A stretch of 64,000 bases of DNA from Candidatus Peribacteria bacterium (GTDB taxonomy: Bacteria > Patescibacteriota > Gracilibacteria > Peribacterales > Peribacteraceae), in assembly GCA_943354555.1 (NCBI GenBank), contig CALRCM010000001.1, positions 7,453-71,452 on the forward strand, given 5' to 3'. Under the pieces are notes generated by a model. The model did not search any database, was not told the DNA's origin, and worked only from the letters and a program-made list of their open reading frames with translations. Below are positions 61,800-64,000 of the stretch, one piece after another. The position numbers and the translations under genes are program-made. How positions within the stretch are numbered: position 1 is the stretch's first letter; each line of letters opens with the position of its first letter.

Positions 61800-62465
61800 A
61801 TGTACGTTCCAACTCTCACTTTCGATGCAGGCAAAGAATCTATAGGTTCAGTGATGCATGCAGAATCACTGAGATGGACTCCTGAAGCCGGATTAGTGCA
61901 GTCTCTCAAGGCGCTCCATCGGCGTGCTGCCGAAGGTCGGTCCATAGAGCGTGATCGGCAAAATGCTGTGCGTCAGTGGGAGCGTACACAGGTTAGCCAT
62001 CGTATCCGTAATCATATTGAAAAACTGGGTTGCCTTCCTACGCGAGCCACACTTCCTACGTATACGTATTAATGGCTACAGAATGCGATTGAGCATGGCG
62101 CAGCTTTTTCAAATGCAGTGGAGATGGAGGTGCTACTAGGTCGAGAAGGCGTTCTGGCATCAATCACTGATCCCGGTGATGGGTTTGATCCTGATGTACT
62201 CATGATGTCTGCACAGTCAAAAAATACAGCACTGTATGAAGCGGAAGGTTATTCTTCAGGGAGAGGATATGGTTTGCATGGTGCGCTCCAAAGCTCAGAT
62301 GTCCGTATCGGTTTTGAGCATCTGGAGCATGGCTTCCGCGTTAATTTATTGAGTAGCAGACAAGAGATGCTTGATCTTATGGTGAGGCAGGAGGCCATGG
62401 TTGCTGGTTACTCATGCGACTCATCATTGTCTCCGAAGTCCCGAAGCTCACCAAGTTGCGACTGA
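61800..62465 (+). pseudogene. SpoIIAB/RsbW-like GHKL (HATPase_c) anti-sigma-factor-type kinase gene interrupted by an in-frame TAA at 62070-62072
   Basis: ORFs 61746-62072 and 62118-62465 share one frame. Reading through the stop gives ...LPTYTY*WLQNAIEHG...ITDPGDGFDP...GRGYGL (N, G1 and G2 boxes). The stop sits exactly 4 codons before the N-box Asn, where GHKL proteins have the catalytic Glu (GAA to TAA is one substitution). Confidence 0.55.
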
Positions 62466-62743
62466 TATCGTTGAACCAATTCCGCGAGTCCAGGTACTTC
62501 ACCGAGATCTCGAAGAAGATCCAATGGTATGCGGATATCGAATTTGCGGACAGCCTCTGCGAGCAAGCCCGCTGGCTTATTCACTTCTGGAAACCCTCCA
62601 ATGAATGCCGAGGCTCTTTCGATAAAATCAGACAATAGTTCGCCAGCCCGCTCCACCTCACCGCTTTCAATATTCAGCCCATCAAGAACGTAGGGAACTT
62701 CGTCGTAGGCCGGATTCAGATTGATTTCTGACACAGGAGACAT
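62408..62743 (-). CDS. Hypothetical acidic protein (111 aa)
   Basis: ATG-initiated, coding-like composition (MSPVSEINLNPAYDEVPYVLDGLNIESGEVERAGELLSDFIERA...). 58-nt convergent overlap with the GHKL pseudogene tail. Confidence 0.4.
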   Translation of the reverse strand: MSPVSEINLNPAYDEVPYVLDGLNIESGEVERAGELLSDFIERASAFIGGFPEVNKPAGLLAEAVRKFDIRIPLDLLRDLGEVPGLAELVQRYQSQLGELRDFGDNDESHE

Positions 62744-62822
62744 AGTTAATCGAACTTGACTCTAGGCTGCAAGGTGAAACTGAGGATAATCGGTTCTAGA
62801 TGAGCTGCACGTTGGATGCTGC

Positions 62823-63039
62823 GTTGTCCCCTCCGCTGCGGCTACGGGGACACAGGATCTTCGGCTTCGTCCATCGTCCTGCGGACTCGGACTCAGCTCG
62901 AATTCACGGGTGAGAAATCTACTGACACAGAATCTATGTTGTATGTCTGGTTGTCCCCTCCGCTGCGGCTACGGGGACACAGGATCTTCGGCTTCGCGCG
63001 TCGTCCTTCGGACTCGCGCTCAGCGCGAATTCACCTGTG
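62823..63039. repeat. Tandem duplication (period 127 bp) of a 90-nt hairpin-rich unit, abutting the 3' end of tRNA-Ser
   Basis: Units at 62823-62912 and 62950-63039. The first 47 nt are identical (GTTGTCCCCTCCGCTGCGGCTACGGGGACACAGGATCTTCGGCTTCG); the last 43 nt are about 79% identical. Each contains GTCCCC...GGGGAC and GTCC-loop-GGAC stems. Confidence 0.85.
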
Positions 63040-63127
63040 GCGGAGAGGGGGGGATTCGAACCCCCGAGACCCTTTCAGGTCTACACGCTTTCCAAGCGTG
63101 CGCACTAGGCCACTATGCGACCTCTCC
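63038..63127 (-). tRNA. tRNA-Ser(GGA): tRNA-Ser (anticodon GGA), long variable arm, CCA encoded
   Basis: Minus strand GGAGAGGTCGCATAGTGGCCTAGTGCGCACGCTTGGAAAGCGTGTAGACCTGAAAGGGTCTCGGGGGTTCGAATCCCCCCCTCTCCGCCA. 7-bp acceptor stem, CACGC/GCGTG anticodon stem with loop TTGGAAA, GACC/GGTC variable stem, GGGGG-TTCGAAT-CCCCC T-arm. Confidence 0.95.
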
Positions 63128-63269
63128 AGCAGAAGGAACTGTAACAAAAATTCTGAGATTCGCATTAGGAATTCTTAAGGTAATCATCAGAAACCGCACC
63201 CAAGAATGGGTGCTCTTTATAAAATCTGCCCCATAATAGGAACAGATTTATCGATGATTGTGCGAGTAC

Positions 63270-63518
63270 CTACTTCTTCGATCCGCATCCCGAGCAGCAA
63301 ATAAATTTGCTCAGGAAGGCGATGTTGATCGCAAAGGCGATCAACGCGAGAGAGGCACTGCTTCCCCCGAAGATAACGCCTCGGTCCGACATCAGTGTGC
63401 TGATGACACCCATCATCGCAGCAAGCGATGTGAGGAGCAGAAGGAAGACAACGACGCCGCGAAGGACGGCGCAAGGATCGATAGCGCTCGGAGCGCTTTT
63501 CTTTTTGAGGATTGGCAT
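63270..63518 (-). CDS. Small membrane protein (82 aa, two TM) with C-terminal CCSGCGSKK tail
   Basis: MPILKKKSAPSAIDPCAVLRGVVVFLLLLTSLAAMMGVISTLM...ASLALIAFAINIAFL. ATG at 63518; the track start 63557 is a TTG. Confidence 0.5.
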   Translation of the reverse strand: MPILKKKSAPSAIDPCAVLRGVVVFLLLLTSLAAMMGVISTLMSDRGVIFGGSSASLALIAFAINIAFLSKFICCSGCGSKK

Positions 63519-63570
63519 AGTGGAAATAAATGTAGCGTCTATTGGAATACTCTGCAATTGGCACGATCAG

Positions 63571-63659
63571 GTATTAGGTATTAAGTATTATGTATTAGGT
63601 ATGAAGCTACGTTTCATGTGCAGTTTTATACTTAATACATAATACTTAATACCTAATAC
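63571..63659. repeat. 32-bp inverted repeat (1 mismatch) built from GTATTAGG/TATTAAGT words, 25-nt spacer
   Basis: Arms at 63571-63602 and 63628-63659. In the divergent spacer, ending 22 nt before the pheT ATG. Confidence 0.85.
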
Positions 63660-63681
63660 TTCTTGCGCTACGCTACGCAAC

Positions 63682-64000
63682 ATGAAACTCTCCCTTCACT
63701 GGCTCTCGGAGTACGTCACATTTCCGGAGAAGGATCCGGAGAAGATCGCTGCGGCCATCACCGGCAGCATCGGCGAAGTGGACGAAGTGGAGGTGCAGGG
63801 GGCATTACTCGAGCATTGCTGCGTAGGCAAAGTCTGCAATCTTCGCAAACATCCGAATGCAGACAAGCTCAATCTCTGTGATGTGGAGACGGACAAAGGA
63901 ATGAAGAAGATCGTCTGTGGCGGTACGAATCTTCGTGAGGGGATGCTCGTGGCGTTTGCCCATGTGGGAGCGAAGGTGAAGCATGGAACTGAGGAATTTG
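63682..64000 (+). CDS. pheT: Phenylalanine--tRNA ligase beta subunit, N-terminal tRNA-binding domain (3' end off the window)
   Basis: Absent from the ORF track because it is open at the edge. My translation from ATG 63682: MKLSLHWLSEYVTFPEKDPEKIAAAITGSIGEVDEVE...GKVCNLRKHPNADKLNLCDVETDKGMKKIVCGGTNLREGMLVAFAHVGA, the classic PheT start. Confidence 0.85.
   Translation, partial: MKLSLHWLSEYVTFPEKDPEKIAAAITGSIGEVDEVEVQGALLEHCCVGKVCNLRKHPNADKLNLCDVETDKGMKKIVCGGTNLREGMLVAFAHVGAKVKHGTEEF

Noticed and set aside
62070-62072. Stop-codon reassignment (TAA read as an amino acid)
   Set aside because: TAA, TAG and TGA all terminate well-conserved genes in this window: TAG for ahcY, TGA for gmd, TAA for the giant gene and the NeuA-like gene. 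A nonsense mutation or sequencing error is the simpler explanation.
62823-63039. Possible CRISPR array or integrative-element att sites at the tRNA
   Set aside because: There are only two repeat units, 90 nt long, with a 37-nt gap. No cas or integrase genes are present in the window. The repeats do not duplicate the tRNA 3' end.
62816-63236. ORFs 62816-63178(+) and 62910-63236(+) with repeated CPLRCGYGDTGSSAS text
   Set aside because: They read through the tandem 90-nt repeats and across the tRNA-Ser gene on the opposite strand, so they are artefacts.
1-64000. Mobile genetic elements, prophage or defence systems (transposase, integrase, RT, Cas, restriction enzymes)
   Set aside because: No ORF in any frame showed DDE/HUH, tyrosine or serine recombinase, reverse-transcriptase, nuclease-helicase or Cas-like motifs that I could recognise.

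Overview
All calls rest on motif recognition and hand translation. No database search, fold calculation or alignment tool was run. About 58 kb of this 64-kb window is one cell-surface glycan/glycoprotein biosynthesis island. The host looks like an uncultivated bacterium: standard genetic code, almost no Shine-Dalgarno sequences, many REP-like intergenic hairpins. The island holds: (i) a 15-gene head-to-tail operon (16985-33246, minus strand) with a complete pseudaminic-acid pathway (PseB, PseC, a fused PseG-PseH, PseI) plus extra aminotransferase, oxidoreductase, cytidylyltransferase, methyltransferase and FemAB-like tailoring genes; (ii) a second, non-canonical NeuB-like ulosonic-acid module (8711-12186); (iii) two KpsS/KpsC-like Capsule_synth paralogs; (iv) three polyprenyl-phosphate-sugar GT2 / GtrA-or-flippase / GT-C membrane glycosyltransferase sets; (v) sugar-nucleotide supply genes (gmd, ugd, a UDP-GlcA 4-epimerase-like gene, a TviB-like dehydrogenase, a CBS-fused dehydrogenase); (vi) a membrane-anchored CotH-kinase/beta-helix protein; and (vii) a 2694-aa secreted giant protein with 25 Cys-rich CDDGN-type repeats, beta-propeller-like blocks and an FG-GAP block. 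The right end (58-64 kb) is housekeeping: a PfkB kinase, ahcY, tRNA-Ser(GGA) and the pheT 5' end. It is interrupted by a small accessory islet containing an orphan promoter-to-terminator unit full of perfect stem-loops (candidate ncRNA), a 27-codon hydrophobic ORF antisense to that promoter, a SpoIIAB/RsbW-like GHKL gene broken by a TAA at the catalytic Glu codon, and a tandem pair of 90-nt structured repeats abutting the tRNA. Intergenic DNA carries several repeat families: SPELVEG/LRQAQG/FDKLRVT-type palindromic elements, CCCCTCC/GGAGGGG hairpins, and long perfect hairpins built from locus-specific 7-8-nt words. Two genes that run off the window edges (1-1845 and 63682-64000) are missing from the ORF track and were translated by hand.
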